Positions 21,038 to 34,166 of a stretch of 64,000 bases of DNA are shown one piece after another (the first letter of the stretch is position 1; the number at the start of each line of letters is the position of its first letter). The notes below the pieces were generated by a model, which saw only the letters and a list, made by a program, of their open reading frames with translations, was not told the DNA's origin and ran no database searches. The translations under genes were made by a program, and so were the position numbers. Origin of the DNA: an uncultured Methanomicrobiaceae archaeon (GTDB lineage: Archaea > Halobacteriota > Methanomicrobia > Methanomicrobiales > Methanoculleaceae); contig CAWGXH010000004.1 of assembly GCA_963826525.1 (NCBI GenBank), forward strand, positions 1,600,001 to 1,664,000, given 5' to 3'.

Positions 21038-21043
21038 GGTGAA

Positions 21044-21634
21044 TCAGCGATCTCTCGGCATGGCGACGATCTCGCGAACCTGCAGGTCGAAGAACGCGGC
21101 GGTGTGTGCAGGACGGATGACGCAGACGGTGTCGGCTCCGCTCATGGTACCTCCGACGGCGATGACCTCCTCGTCGATCCGTACCTTACCCTGATCGGCC
21201 GCGATGAGCACGCACTCGACGGCGACCTTCAGCCCGACGGCGATCGTGCGCCGGAGTGCCTCTGCGATCGCTTCGGTCCGGGAGCTGCCGCCGAGCTTCG
21301 GGGAGCGCGAGATCGCCCGCTCGAGACCCGATAGTGGGTGGGTGCCGGTGACGATGGTCGCGCCGCTCGTCAGGAGATCTTCTGCCGCACCGGACGAGAA
21401 CTCCCACTCACCCGGCTTTGAGAAGCCGACGACGTGAGTGACGACGATAAGTTCGAGATCGGTGCCCTCCATCGCTTTTTGAAAGACCTGCGCCGTCCCT
21501 CCCGAGGAGCTGGCGACGACAACCCTCGACAGGCCGAGTTCCAGGGCTCGCTCTACGGCAAATCGGGCTGCATCTCCGGTGTTATGAGTGCCCGGGGTGT
21601 CGAAATAGTGAATATTCTTCGTTGTAAAGCCCAT
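21044..21634 (-). CDS. pyruvate kinase C-terminal-like protein (COG1751)
   Basis: YF..PG..NT; VVASSSG.TA; VVTH..GF; H.LSGLER; G.KVAVE..L.AAD.G. Confidence 0.88.
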   Translation of the reverse strand: MGFTTKNIHYFDTPGTHNTGDAARFAVERALELGLSRVVVASSSGGTAQVFQKAMEGTDLELIVVTHVVGFSKPGEWEFSSGAAEDLLTSGATIVTGTHPLSGLERAISRSPKLGGSSRTEAIAEALRRTIAVGLKVAVECVLIAADQGKVRIDEEVIAVGGTMSGADTVCVIRPAHTAAFFDLQVREIVAMPRDR

Positions 21635-21828
21635 GCTATCAAATTTGTCCGCACTACTACTATAATCTCCCTGTTTTCATGAATGGTAGGCCGCCCGGCG
21701 GTTTCGGTTCCGCCGCTCCGGGGGCGGGGGCGAGCGTATCCCCGCGGTTTTGAGTCCCAACCGCTTTCTCATCGTTCTTCTCTTGCGTCGGTCGTACCGC
21801 CGGTGGAAAGCACGGTGAAAAGACAGAG

Positions 21829-21875
21829 GTGAACTACCCCGCGCCTATTGCCCGGGGCTTCCCGCTCCGCCACCC
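21829..21875 (+). mobile_element. solo IS200/IS605-like end hairpin (remnant)
   Basis: GTGAACTACCCCG-cgcctattgc-CCGGGGCTTCCCGCT resembles the GT(G/C)AACTACCCC...GGGGCTT subterminal hairpin; no tnpA/tnpB nearby. Confidence 0.5.
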
Positions 21876-21990
21876 CGAACACCCCCGCAAGATAAATGGG
21901 GTATTACCGAACACTATATACGATACGCGGCACTGCGGGACAAATTCTCTATCGCTCTCGCCCGCAGGTGTGGCCGCGGGGAGTCTTTTG

Positions 21991-23160
21991 ATGATTACAC
22001 TGGCAATTGCGGGAAAACCGAACTGCGGAAAATCGACGTTCTTCAAGGCAGCGACACTGGCACAGGTAGAGATTGCCAACTATCCGTTCACGACCATCGA
22101 TGCGAATCACGGGGTCGCCTATGTGCGGACATCCTGCCCCTGCCGCGAACTTGAGATCGCGTGCCCCCACTGCAGGGATGGCGTCAGGTTTATTCCGATC
22201 GGCCTCATCGACGTTGCCGGCCTCGTGCCCGAGGCTCACAAAGGGCGGGGGCTCGGCAACCAGTTCCTCGATAATCTAAGGCAGGCGGATGCCATTCTCC
22301 ATGTCGTGGATGCCAGCGGAAGTACTGACGCGGAAGGGAATCCGGTGGATATCGGCTCTCACAACCCGGAAGGGGACATCAAATTTCTCCGTTATGAGAT
22401 GACGATGTGGGTCTACGGCATCCTCGGAAAGCACTGGCCGAAGCTGCAGCGGCAGGCACAGCAGCGCGACTTTTCGCTGCTGCTTGCTATCGTGGATATC
22501 TTCGCCGGGCTTGGGGTGACCCTCGAAGATGTGAAGGCGGCGGAAGCTGCCGTCGATACGGATCTGCGGCAGGCGAGTGAGGACGCGCTGATCGCGTTCT
22601 GCGAGCACCTTGTCAGTCACAGTAAACCGATGGAGATCGTCGCGAACAAGGCCGATCTGGCACCGCCGGAGTTCCTTGAAAACCTGAAGAATTACAGCGT
22701 GATCTTCTCAAGCGCTGCCGGAGAACTTGCGCTTCGCATGGCTGCCGAGGGGAAGTTTCTGCAGTATCTCCCCGGGGATACCGAATTTACGATAAACCCC
22801 GATGCGCCGTTCACACCGGCGCAGCGGGTGGGGCTTCAAAAGATTGCCGATTTCATGAAACAGTTCGGAGGCACCGGGATTCAGCAGGCGCTCAATACGG
22901 CGGTATTCGATCTCCTTGACATGATCGTCGTCTACCCGGTCGAAGACGAACACAAGTTCACCGACGGGCAGGGGCGGGTGCTCCCGGATGCGTTCCTGAT
23001 GAAGCGTGGTTCGACGCCCCACGACCTTGCGTATCAGGTGCACACCGATATCGGCGAAGGGTTCCTCTATGCCATCGATGCGCGGAAGAACATGCGGATA
23101 AAAGAGAACCACGAGCTGCAGCACGGCGATATCATCAAGATCGTCAGTATCCGGAAATGA
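21991..23160 (+). CDS. ychF: redox-regulated ATPase YchF (Obg family)
   Basis: GKPNCGKST; ANYPFTTID; DVAGL; NKAD; C-terminal TGS domain. Confidence 0.95.
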   Translation: MITLAIAGKPNCGKSTFFKAATLAQVEIANYPFTTIDANHGVAYVRTSCPCRELEIACPHCRDGVRFIPIGLIDVAGLVPEAHKGRGLGNQFLDNLRQADAILHVVDASGSTDAEGNPVDIGSHNPEGDIKFLRYEMTMWVYGILGKHWPKLQRQAQQRDFSLLLAIVDIFAGLGVTLEDVKAAEAAVDTDLRQASEDALIAFCEHLVSHSKPMEIVANKADLAPPEFLENLKNYSVIFSSAAGELALRMAAEGKFLQYLPGDTEFTINPDAPFTPAQRVGLQKIADFMKQFGGTGIQQALNTAVFDLLDMIVVYPVEDEHKFTDGQGRVLPDAFLMKRGSTPHDLAYQVHTDIGEGFLYAIDARKNMRIKENHELQHGDIIKIVSIRK

Positions 23161-23234
23161 GGCCGTTCACTGTCCGACATATTCGACGTGGATCAGCAGG
23201 TATATATGGTGGACGGGGATAATAATCGATTAAT

Positions 23235-23555
23235 ATGAGCGGCGAGGTCTTCCAGGCACAGGTGGTCCGGAACTTCTTCGAGACGATTACCGGGCAGGAT
23301 AGAAACCTCTCCCGGATATATATGTGCGTTATCAGCCTCGCTAAACTCAGGATGGAGTCTCCCGAGCAGATGACGTTCCTGCTTGACCAGATGAGAAAGA
23401 GCAAACAGAAGCGGGAACTCTCCATCGATATCCTTGACTATGTCTGCGATGCGGCACGAGACCTCGACCTTACGACCGTCCAGACTGCGTTCGGTGTCAG
23501 GGAGATCAGTGCGCTTGCCGACGAATTCTCTTCCGTCAGCCTTGATTCGTTCTGA
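23235..23555 (+). CDS. hypothetical protein
   Basis: Clean 106-aa ORF with TATA-like GTATATAT upstream and T-rich stretch downstream. Confidence 0.7.
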   Translation: MSGEVFQAQVVRNFFETITGQDRNLSRIYMCVISLAKLRMESPEQMTFLLDQMRKSKQKRELSIDILDYVCDAARDLDLTTVQTAFGVREISALADEFSSVSLDSF

Positions 23556-23649
23556 TATTCCGGGCTTATTCTTTTCTTTTGCGCCGGCATCCGCTCTTTA
23601 ATCGTTTCCTGAAAAAATGTTGGAGCAGGAGTCCCCCTGCCGGAGGGAG

Positions 23650-24489
23650 TTACCGGGGCAAGTGCTCTTTGTAGGCTTCCAGTATCTGGGTGACGAATCG
23701 CTGATGCTCCTCGAGCGCCTGCTCATCCTCCGGAGAGGTCTCTATGCTCACGGCATAGAGGAGGACCAGGGCGTTATCAAGGTCGAGAGCTGCCTTATCC
23801 TGCACGTCCTCCGGCCGAAGCCTGACGGCAAGCGCCTCCGTATCTGATTCGGCAAAGGTATACTGCGGCGCCGGAGTCACCCGTGATTCGGCCAGGTCTT
23901 CCGCACGTTCACGCACAATCATCAGTGCCGCCTCAAGGGGTCCCGGCATCGCGCGGCTCTCGCGAAGCCGTACAAGCGCCTCATCGCACTTCGCGACCGC
24001 GTTTTTGTAGAGGCCGAACTTGAATGTCAGAAGCGCTGATGCCAAACGGTGTCCGGTCTCCTCATCGATGCTCTTCGTGATCGGTTCGATACGCGCAATA
24101 TACTCATTCAAGAACTGCTTCATCGTCTTCTCCTGATATATCGGTTTACTAAATCTTTTCTCAACCCGGAGTGCAAGGACGCTGATACTCGCGGCATAGA
24201 GTATCTGCATGACCGGACCGTTTGAAAAGTCGTTCGGGATAAGGAATATGAGCACCGCGTAGAGCGGGGCGAACAGCGAGACGATATCCCTCTTCGGTTT
24301 TAAGTACGCTACATAGCCGAGTATGAACGATGCGATCACACATCCGGCAACTCCGATGAGTGTCGCAGAGGGCACCTGGAGATACGTGAGCAGAATGCCG
24401 ATCAGGACTCCGCCGATGGAGACGGCGGGGACTGCAAGCCAGGCGTGCGGCCCGGGTGGCGAGTGCGGTTGAGTATTCTCTGTGATCAT
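23650..24489 (-). CDS. hypothetical protein with N-terminal membrane region and soluble helical C-terminus
   Basis: Four hydrophobic segments followed by a helical domain. Confidence 0.7.
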   Translation of the reverse strand: MITENTQPHSPPGPHAWLAVPAVSIGGVLIGILLTYLQVPSATLIGVAGCVIASFILGYVAYLKPKRDIVSLFAPLYAVLIFLIPNDFSNGPVMQILYAASISVLALRVEKRFSKPIYQEKTMKQFLNEYIARIEPITKSIDEETGHRLASALLTFKFGLYKNAVAKCDEALVRLRESRAMPGPLEAALMIVRERAEDLAESRVTPAPQYTFAESDTEALAVRLRPEDVQDKAALDLDNALVLLYAVSIETSPEDEQALEEHQRFVTQILEAYKEHLPR

Positions 24490-24545
24490 CGACCCTTCCC
24501 ATATACCCTATGAAGCGGAAAGCGTAAACAAGGTTCCCTTTCTGT

Positions 24546-25847
24546 TCAGTCGGGTATCGGCAGGAGCTCGCTCGCCCGGATGGCCACGCTTCGCTCTGCA
24601 ATGGTCGCCATCTTGCTTTCAAGCTCCCCGAGGAGTGTTTCCGCGGATGCGTACAGCCTGGCAAGATGCTGCTTCTGAGCGGCAACATCGTCTCTTCTCT
24701 CTGCTACCTGATGCCGCAGGTGTTCAAGGTCTCCTGAGACCTTCTGCTCTTCGGCGTAGCCGGAAAGCGCGCTCCGCTCTGCTTCGGCAGTCCTGATGTC
24801 GGCGGTGAGGTTTCGATGCTCCGTAATCGCGCGCACCAGTTCCGTTCGGAGGATGCCGGCATCCGAGAAGAGGTGCTGCTCCTCCCGGTTTTTCAGTGGC
24901 ACCTCACCCCGGCCGATCAGATCCATCACGGTAGGCATTACTCTCGTGAGCAGCTCTATGATCGTGTCGGGCTGCTCCGGGGGGACGGCGGAGAATGCGT
25001 CTTCTGCCCGGCGCAGTTCTTCTGCCGTGTCGTGGTCAAGGTGCTTCTCCTGAACCTTCTCCGCTTTTCGGAATACGTGCAGGGCATGTGTCCTGATGAC
25101 GGCATATTCTCTCGCGATTTCTTCCTCTCGCTCCCCTACCGCGCGAATTCGGGCATCCAGTTCCCCGGCCGCGGCGTGGTGAGGGCCCCTTTCAAGCTCC
25201 CGGAGCGCCTCTTCCAGCTGCCGGATGCGGGGAGTCTCCCTCGTGTTCTCGCTGATCTCGGCGATCGACTCTTCGTGAACCGAGGCATACTCGCCTCGTA
25301 TCCGCATGAGCCGCTCATAGATCTCACGGGTTTCGTCAACCCCGGTGTGTCGTGCGCGATAATCGGCGATCGCCTGCGTCATGAGGTTGATCTCGGTGCC
25401 GAGCTCTTTGACGCCGGCACGGAAGTCGCGCATCTCTTCGGGATACGCTGCAGTGATGTACTTCCCCTGCCCTTTGAGGGCTCGCAGGCAGCCCTTCAGG
25501 ATTCCTGCTGCCGTCGCGTAGAATGCCTCGGTATCGTCGGCAGGTTGTTTTTCCAGGAGCTGGTCGATGGATTTCACAAACTCCGGGAGTGCCGACCGGG
25601 AGATTGCTTTGAGGCGCGGGTGGGGGACGGGGGTCTCACCTGCCTCCCTGAGCGTATCGATCGCCGTCCTGATGTTCGAGAGGGCTGCCTCGATCCGCTG
25701 CCGGTTCGGAACGGTCGAATCGGTAAATTCCTCTACGAGTGTCGCTTTCCGTGCATCGAGCCACGACGGAACGTCGTCGAGCCGTATCTCAATGACTTTC
25801 GGTGCCGCTTCTTCCCGTTTGAAGAGATCGCGTAGTGTCCTGAACAT
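24546..25847 (-). CDS. coiled-coil hypothetical protein
   Basis: 433-aa E/R/L-rich ORF in line with its neighbours. Confidence 0.75.
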   Translation of the reverse strand: MFRTLRDLFKREEAAPKVIEIRLDDVPSWLDARKATLVEEFTDSTVPNRQRIEAALSNIRTAIDTLREAGETPVPHPRLKAISRSALPEFVKSIDQLLEKQPADDTEAFYATAAGILKGCLRALKGQGKYITAAYPEEMRDFRAGVKELGTEINLMTQAIADYRARHTGVDETREIYERLMRIRGEYASVHEESIAEISENTRETPRIRQLEEALRELERGPHHAAAGELDARIRAVGEREEEIAREYAVIRTHALHVFRKAEKVQEKHLDHDTAEELRRAEDAFSAVPPEQPDTIIELLTRVMPTVMDLIGRGEVPLKNREEQHLFSDAGILRTELVRAITEHRNLTADIRTAEAERSALSGYAEEQKVSGDLEHLRHQVAERRDDVAAQKQHLARLYASAETLLGELESKMATIAERSVAIRASELLPIPD

Positions 25848-25923
25848 ACAATCCTCAGTGGACTTTCTGCGTCCCGGTATCGCCGTAAGTTGCTCTCATT
25901 GTCTTTACCTTTTGTGCATACTC

Positions 25924-27206
<1,283 letters not shown>

Positions 27207-27254
27207 GAGTCAGTAACAAAAATAGGGGTTCGGGTATAATAATTACTTCATCGT

Positions 27255-27572
27255 ATGTCGTATCTCGTTTATGTTGCCGGATTCGGTGTTGCAGCAGTTT
27301 TTTTTCTGTGGCTGCGCGATCTCCGGATCTATTCCCGCACGGGGCTCGCAGGGTACCGTACCGCGGCCTATCAGGGTGTTGCTTTCTCCGCCCTCGGGTT
27401 GCTCGGTTTCTTTGTGACCTTGTACGGTACGGAGATCCTCGGTCTCGGTCTTGTCCTCGCCGCTCTCTTCCTGCAGGGACGCGTCTCCCGGGAGCGCGTA
27501 TGGCGCAATGAAAGCACGATTCAGCGATTCCTCGGAGAGACGGAGCGCAGAAAAGATAAGGGTTCGAAATAG
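27255..27572 (+). CDS. small membrane protein
   Basis: Three hydrophobic segments; WLRDLRI..RTGL.GYR.AAY. Confidence 0.7.
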   Translation: MSYLVYVAGFGVAAVFFLWLRDLRIYSRTGLAGYRTAAYQGVAFSALGLLGFFVTLYGTEILGLGLVLAALFLQGRVSRERVWRNESTIQRFLGETERRKDKGSK

Positions 27573-27596
27573 AGAGATTATTCAGGAGTTTAAGGA

Positions 27597-28829
27597 ATGC
27601 TTCAGAAACCACGGGGTACACGGGATTTTTTACCCGAAGAGATGGAACGCCGCAGACTGATTGAGGGGCGGATGCGCCGCACGGCGCGGACTTGGGGATA
27701 CCGTGAGGTCTGCACGCCGACCTTCGAGCATCTCGAGCTCTTCACGATGAAATCGGGCGAGGGCATCATCCAGGAGATGTACGTCTTCGAGGACAAAGGC
27801 GGCCGGGAGCTGACGCTCCGGCCCGAGATCACGGCCGCAGTGCTGCGGATGTACGTGAACGAAGCAAAGGTGCTTCCAAAACCCCTTCGCTGGTGTTACT
27901 TTGCCGACTGTTTCCGCTACGAGCGCCCCCAGAAGGGGCGGTATCGCCAGTTCTGGCAGTTTGGGGTGGAACTGATCGGTGCCGATACGGCGGTCGCCGA
28001 CACCGAGGTGATCATGCTCGCCGATGCCGTCCTCCGTGCAGCTGGCGTCGGGTTCGACCTCCATGTCGGCCACCTTGCACCGATGAAGCACCTCGTCAAA
28101 GATCTCCCCGCGGAGGAGCAGCGGGAGATCATGGCGTTCCTCGACAAACACGATATTGCCGGGCTTGAGCAGCGGCTTACCGCCAGGGGATACTCCGATC
28201 TCCTCGAGTCGCTCGTCGCGCTGACGTCGTGCAGAACTCCGGCGGAGGTCTTTGCCATCACCGGCGACCTCCCCGAGCGGGCGCGGATCGAGGAGACCTT
28301 TGCCATCCTCGACGCTCGGCATATTGCCTACACGCCCGATTTCGGGATTGCGCGGGGTCTTGACTACTATACCGGCATGGTTTTTGAGGCCTTCGCGCCG
28401 AATCTCGGCGCCGAGAACCAGATCCTCGGCGGAGGCACCTATCGTCTTGCCCACCTCTTCGGCGGCGACGATGCGGCCTCCTGCGGCTTTGCCATCGGAT
28501 TCGATCGCGTCATGGTCTCGCTCGGCGAGTTTCCGGTGGAGCACGAGCCGATCGTCGGCGTGGTCTGCACCCCCGAGGCACGCATCCGGGCGCTCGAGGT
28601 TGCCGCCGCCTTCCGGGATGCCGGTATCAGAACTGAGGTCGACCTGATGCAGCGGGGGCTTGGCGCCCAGCTCTCTCATGCGGCGAAGGTTGCTGACTAT
28701 GCCGTGGTTCTCGGGAAGCGTGAAACCGAGTCGGGCACCGTCACACTCAAGAATCTCCACTCCGGGGAGCAGCAGGAGATGTCTCTTGCGGATGCCGTCT
28801 CCGAGGTGAATCGGCTTGGTCATCGCTGA
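27597..28829 (+). CDS. hisS: histidine--tRNA ligase
   Basis: KPRGTRDF; LRPE.TA; [16 protein letters not shown]; RGLDYYTG; GFAIGFDR. Confidence 0.98.
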   Translation: MLQKPRGTRDFLPEEMERRRLIEGRMRRTARTWGYREVCTPTFEHLELFTMKSGEGIIQEMYVFEDKGGRELTLRPEITAAVLRMYVNEAKVLPKPLRWCYFADCFRYERPQKGRYRQFWQFGVELIGADTAVADTEVIMLADAVLRAAGVGFDLHVGHLAPMKHLVKDLPAEEQREIMAFLDKHDIAGLEQRLTARGYSDLLESLVALTSCRTPAEVFAITGDLPERARIEETFAILDARHIAYTPDFGIARGLDYYTGMVFEAFAPNLGAENQILGGGTYRLAHLFGGDDAASCGFAIGFDRVMVSLGEFPVEHEPIVGVVCTPEARIRALEVAAAFRDAGIRTEVDLMQRGLGAQLSHAAKVADYAVVLGKRETESGTVTLKNLHSGEQQEMSLADAVSEVNRLGHR

Positions 28830-30618
28830 AGATCTTGCAAAACAACAGCGGAGCATCAGCGTTGCGGAGTTCTTCGAGAAGAATAAGCACCTTCTCGGGT
28901 TCGACTCGCCGACGCGCGGTATCATCACCACCGTCAAGGAAGCGGTCGACAATGCGCTCGATGCCTGCGAGGAGGCGGAAGTCCTCCCCGATATCTTCGT
29001 CGCCATCAGGAAGACCGGCGGCGATGTCTACCGGATAACGGTCGAGGATAACGGCCCGGGCATCGTCCCGAAGAACGTCCCGTACGTCTTTGGCAAGCTC
29101 CTCTACGGTTCCCGGTTCCACCAGATCAGGCAGAGCCGGGGGCAGCAGGGTATCGGGATAAGCGCGGCGGTGCTCTACGCCCAGCTCACGACCGGTGTTC
29201 CGGCACTCGTCATCTCCCGGACGGGAGCGGACGCGCGAGCGCACCGGTTCGAGCTGATGATAAAGACCGAGACGAACGAGCCGGACATCCTCGTCGACGA
29301 GGAGATCGACTGGGACCGGACGCACGGCACCCGCATCGAGATCGAGTTTAAGAGCACACTCGCCGCGAAGAAAAAACTCCTCGAGTACCTCCGCTATACC
29401 GCCGTCGTCAACCCGCACGCGCGCATCACCGCCGATATCGACGGCGAGGTCACCGTCTTTGAGCGGGTGAGCAGCGAGGTTCCGCCCTGTCCGAAGGCGA
29501 TCCTCCCGCACCCCCACGGGATCGAGTTCGGTGCGCTCAAGCGGATTGCGGCAACGAGCAGCGATACCCTCGATGAGTTTCTGGTGAACTGTTTCTCCCG
29601 TGTCGGAAAGAAGACCGCAGACGAGATTATCGATCTTGCGCAGATTAAACCGAGGCGGAAGGCCAAAACACTCGACTCCGACGAACTCAAGCGGCTCCTC
29701 GAGGCGATGCAGCAGGTGAAGGTTCCGGCTCCGCCCGCCCAGCAGTGTCTCTCCCCGATCGGTGAAGACCTGATCCGCAAAGGGCTCGAGAAAGAGGTCC
29801 AGCTCGACTTCATCAAGGCGCGCACCCGCCCGAGCACGGTCTTCTCCGGACACTCGTTCATTATCGAGGCGGCGATCGGCTACGGCGGCAAGATCCCGCC
29901 CGAGGGCTCGGCCCAGATCCTCCGGTTCGCGAACCGCGTCCCCCTGCTCTACCAGCAGGGTGCCTGCGCGATCACGAACTGCATCTCGCAGGTGAACTGG
30001 AAGTCCTACGGGCTCTCACAACAGGGTCTTCCCGTCGGTCCGGCGCTCATCATGGTGCATGTGGCCTCGACGAACGTCCCCTTTACGAGTGAGAGCAAGG
30101 ATGCGATTGCGTCGATCCCCGAGATCGAGCGTGAGATCGTCCTCGTGCTTCAGGAACTCGGGCGCGAGCTGAAGGCATACATCAACCGGCGTGACCGGAA
30201 TAAACAGCAGGACGACCGCGCCCGTGCTATCTGCTCGATCATCCCGGAGATCGCCCGAAAGGTGAGCGAGATCGTGGAGCTGCCGCCCGTCGACACCTCC
30301 CCGATCGAGGGGAAGATCATGCGTAAACTCGTCGCCAAAAAGCGAACGTGCGATGGGTCGGTCAGTATCGATGTGTACAACTATACGGCGCGCGAGCTCG
30401 TCTTCACCCTCTACAACCTCTCCCGGGACGATGCGCGCGACGCCGTTCCGAAACCCGACTTCGTCGATGAATTCGATGGCGAGTACAACAAGGTCTGGAA
30501 GTGCCGCCTCGAACCCGGGACGGTCTGGCAGGTGACCTACTCCGGCACCGGTGAAGGAAGCATCGATCTCCGCGGTGTGGAAGACAACGTCAAAGTGATG
30601 GTGGATCTTGATATCTAG
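28816..30618 (+). CDS. top6B: DNA topoisomerase VI subunit B
   Basis: [10 protein letters not shown]; EAVDNALDA; EDNGPG; [12 protein letters not shown]; RFANRVPL; VPFTSESK. Confidence 0.97.
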   Translation: MVIAEDLAKQQRSISVAEFFEKNKHLLGFDSPTRGIITTVKEAVDNALDACEEAEVLPDIFVAIRKTGGDVYRITVEDNGPGIVPKNVPYVFGKLLYGSRFHQIRQSRGQQGIGISAAVLYAQLTTGVPALVISRTGADARAHRFELMIKTETNEPDILVDEEIDWDRTHGTRIEIEFKSTLAAKKKLLEYLRYTAVVNPHARITADIDGEVTVFERVSSEVPPCPKAILPHPHGIEFGALKRIAATSSDTLDEFLVNCFSRVGKKTADEIIDLAQIKPRRKAKTLDSDELKRLLEAMQQVKVPAPPAQQCLSPIGEDLIRKGLEKEVQLDFIKARTRPSTVFSGHSFIIEAAIGYGGKIPPEGSAQILRFANRVPLLYQQGACAITNCISQVNWKSYGLSQQGLPVGPALIMVHVASTNVPFTSESKDAIASIPEIEREIVLVLQELGRELKAYINRRDRNKQQDDRARAICSIIPEIARKVSEIVELPPVDTSPIEGKIMRKLVAKKRTCDGSVSIDVYNYTARELVFTLYNLSRDDARDAVPKPDFVDEFDGEYNKVWKCRLEPGTVWQVTYSGTGEGSIDLRGVEDNVKVMVDLDI

Positions 30619-31702
30619 GAAAGAGATGGACGCTCGTGCACGAGAGCAACTGATGCATATCGCCCGCGCCTGGTACGACCAGATGAAGGGCGGTCTCGTG
30701 CCGTACATCCGGCTGCCGACGCGGACGAAGCAGAATATCGAATACAACGACGAAAGCGAGGTCTGGACGTACAGGCGAGAAGGAGAGCACGCGCTCGGCA
30801 AACTCCGAAAAGAGTGCCATCCACCTCCTGAAGATGGCATACGTCATCGGATTTCTGAAGCAGCAGCTCGCCGAAGGCCGCTCGTCGACCTTGAGAGAAC
30901 TCTATTACATCTCCGAAGGCTGGAAGCGGGCGAAGTTCGGTGCGCAGGACGAGAGCAACCGCCTCATCGAAGACCTCGAGATCCTCACCGACCTGCAGCG
31001 GGAGGCCTTCCACCTCCGCCCTGAGGAGGACGGAGCGGCGATCTTCGGGCCCTTGCAGAATCCGTGAGTCTACTCAGCGGGGTGTCCGCGAGATCCACTG
31101 CCAGGAGAATGTCGGCGAGGCCGGTTACCCTATCCCGAATAACGTGGATACGCTCGACTTCATCGAGCACGATGCGAAGTTCGTTGTCGCTATTGAGACG
31201 GGTGGTATGTATGCCCGTCTTATGGAGAACGGGTTCGACGAGGAGTACGGTGCTATTCTGGTGAACCTCAAGGGGCAGCCTGCCCGGTCGACCCGGCGGG
31301 TGCTCCGACGGCTCAACGAGACGATGGACTTGCCGGTCGTGGTCTTCACCGACGGCGACCCGTGGTCGTACCGGATCTTTGCGAGCGTCGCCTATGGTTC
31401 AATCAAGAGCGCGCATATGTCCGAGCTCCTGGCCACGCCGCAGGCGCAGTTCATCGGCGTGCAGCCAAGCGATATCTCGGATTACAACCTTCCCTCCGAC
31501 AAGCTCACCGAGCAGGACGTGGCCGCACTGAAATCGGAGTCTGACCGATCCCCGGTTTGCGACCGACTACTGGCGCGAGCAGATCAACCTGCAGCTCGAG
31601 ATGAAGCTGAAGTCGGAACAGCAGGCATTCGCAAGCCGCGGCCTTGACTTCGTGACGAAGGAGTATCTGCCAAACCGCCTATCAGAGATGGGTATCATCT
31701 AA
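30608..31702 (+). CDS. top6A: DNA topoisomerase VI subunit A; several frameshifts
   Basis: STLRELYY; IETGG; KGQPARSTR; FTDGDPW; KSEQQA spread across ORFs 30608, 30834, 30940 and a tail ending EMGII*. Confidence 0.92.
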
Positions 31703-31709
31703 CTTTTTT

Positions 31710-32385
31710 TCATGGCGCGCGAGTCTCGGCGAGAGCGATGACCGGGACACCGTCGAGGTCGTCGAAGAGCATCGGGTAGAGGCGCAGGATCCAGGGACTC
31801 TCGGTGAGCCTCCCGTACGAGAGATCGACATCCTCCATGACGAAGATCGGCGGTGAGTCGCAGAGGAAGTGGCGGTGTGCTGCTGCCGCCTCGGTGCCGT
31901 ATGCGGTCGAGGCGATCGAGACGGTGTCGATCCCAAAAAGGCGGAGGTATGGGCACTCCTGCCGGAGATAGCTCCGGGAGATCGGGGTGAACCCAGGGGT
32001 GTGCCGATCCGTAGACCTCCGGATCGACGTCCCGGAACCGGGACATGCCGGTTCTGACCAGGAGCGCCTTTGCGTCGCGGACGGCAGGGAGGTGGGGGGC
32101 GAGGTCGGCCGCACGGAGCGGCACTTCCCCCTCCATCGGGACCTCGATGCAGTAGGCTGGCTCGAAGACGGATTCGGGCGCAAGGAGATCGGCGACCGAC
32201 CCGCCACCCGCACAGAAGTGCTTCGGGAGGTCGATATGCGTCCCGGAGTGTCCGTGCAGCGAGATTATGGATGTCGTCTCCGGATCGCCCTCTGCGATCG
32301 AGGTATGCGGCGTAATGGTGATCGGGGGCGTTCCGGGATAGAGGGGAGACTGCCGGTTCAGGGGGTATGAGATCGGGATGAGCAT
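31710..32385 (-). CDS. cyclase family (kynurenine formamidase-like) protein; frameshift
   Basis: HSGTHIDLPKHF; GIDTVS; MEDV; D.DGVPV. Confidence 0.85.
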
Positions 32386-33033
32386 AGAGTGTCCCGTATA
32401 TACGACCGGAGCTCATGAAGGTTGCCCACGACCACCTCGACCCCGGACATTCCGGAGAAGCGGTCGGGGTCGCCCGGTTTGACCCGCGCAACGAACCGGA
32501 CGCCGGTCTCCGCTGCCGCTTCCCAGTCCTGCGGGGCGTCGCCGACGAAGAGGGTCTCCGCCGGAGAGCTTTCTGTCGCGGCGAGGATCTCCCGAATGCA
32601 CTCGCCCTTCGTCTTCGGCGAGCCGTATACCCGGACGAAGTACTTCGCAAGATCCCGGCGGCGGGCGATCTCCTGCATCTCTCCCTCCGGGGTTGCGGAG
32701 ACGATATAGAGGGGGAGCACCCGTGAACACTCCCGGAGGAGTTCCTCCGCGCCGGGAACGAGGGGGACGGTGAGCATCTTGTCGAAGATCAGCCCGGCAT
32801 ACCGGTCTGCAAGTCGCTCTTCCTGCTCGGGCGTGAGGTCTTCGTGCAGGATATTCTCGTAGATGTATCGGAACTTCTTGTAGCGGGACATGCCGCCGTT
32901 CTCGAGGTGGTATGCGACGATCTCCTCGATGTGCTCGGGAGCGAACGAGAAGGTCTTTCGGAATGCCTCCGCCTTCATGGCGATGGATTCGGCGACGACG
33001 CCGTCAAAGTCGAGGATGAGGGTGGGTGATCAT
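32358..33033 (-). CDS. HAD-family hydrolase; frameshift near the start
   Basis: LILDFDGVVAES by manual reading; IVSATP; FVGD..D. Confidence 0.88.
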
Positions 33034-33433
33034 TGGATATTTCCCCTGGTAATGGTATGTTCCGTATGATGAGTGATTATAGGAGTTACTGCTGTAAGGA
33101 AGCAGACTTAGAAAATAAATCTAATTGCCTAGAAAGTTTTGGGATGACCACTATATGCTCCGCCATGAGTATCTAGATGTGGGCATCCCTCTTGTTTTTC
33201 TTTGGTACGGAAGGCAGGAAATTTGTCTGTTTTACTTATTTTTCCTGTGACCGAACGAATCGATGTATACAACGCCACAATAAATAAGTTTTCTTCTTGG
33301 AGTGTGAGAACTGAAGTTCCTGACAGAAGAGGGGGTAACGGTTGTTGTCATAAGCATGATGCCGGGGTTGTGGAAGACGCTCCGGCTGCTCAGGGAGGTT
33401 ACGGAAATTATTACGTGTGGCTAAATGCCTGTA

Positions 33434-34162
33434 TCATTGTATCCTCTTCAAATATCCACTCGGCGCAACGGTAATCAATAATTTATTTTCAATCTCTTCA
33501 TCGACCACAAATTCATCGTGTTCATCCAGATACGCCCATACAGCAGTCTTCGGATTGTTGCCCACATCCCATGGACGATCACTAAAAAAGCCTTTGGGCA
33601 GATCCTGGATGATCGTGTCGAAAACGACACAATAACTTCCAACAGATACAAGGGGTGCGTACAGTTCAAGTTCCCGCAGGGCGTGTTCATGCGTATGATT
33701 AGAGTCAAGGCATACCAGCACCCGTTTTCCTTCGGCCATCCGGCGTACGTCCTCAACGATCTTCTCATCCGTGCTGGAACCCTCAATCATCACAATTCGC
33801 TTAAACATCGGATGGTTTTCTATCTCTCGCGGTTATGCTTGCGAATATCGATGTCGATGCCGACCACATGCCTATCCCCTCCTAAAAGTTCAAGCATGGA
33901 GGCATAAAAGATGAGAGAACCACCATGGGCGATGCCCGTTTCAATGATCAAATCCGGCTTTACCTGCCAGATGAGTTCCTGCATCGCGAGAATATCCTGC
34001 GGCAGTTGTATTATTGGTCTACCACACCACGAAAAATTTACTATATTTCTTCTGAAATGCTTGAAGGATCCAATTTGAAGATAATTGTTTAAATTCATCT
34101 GATTTAGCGTTACTATTGATTCTAATCTTGCATTCTTCCTGAAATGCTTTAACAGGATCCAT
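33434..34162 (-). CDS. CmcI/rhamnosyl O-methyltransferase family protein; frameshifts
   Basis: W.GRPIIQLPQD; PDLIIETGIAHGGS; IEGSS; LDSNHTHEH; NNPKTAV. Confidence 0.9.
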
Positions 34163-34166
34163 GTAC

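Noticed and set aside
33040-33430. AT-rich gap with ORF 33202..33474
   Set aside because: No recognisable homology or structure; probably island spacer or decayed DNA
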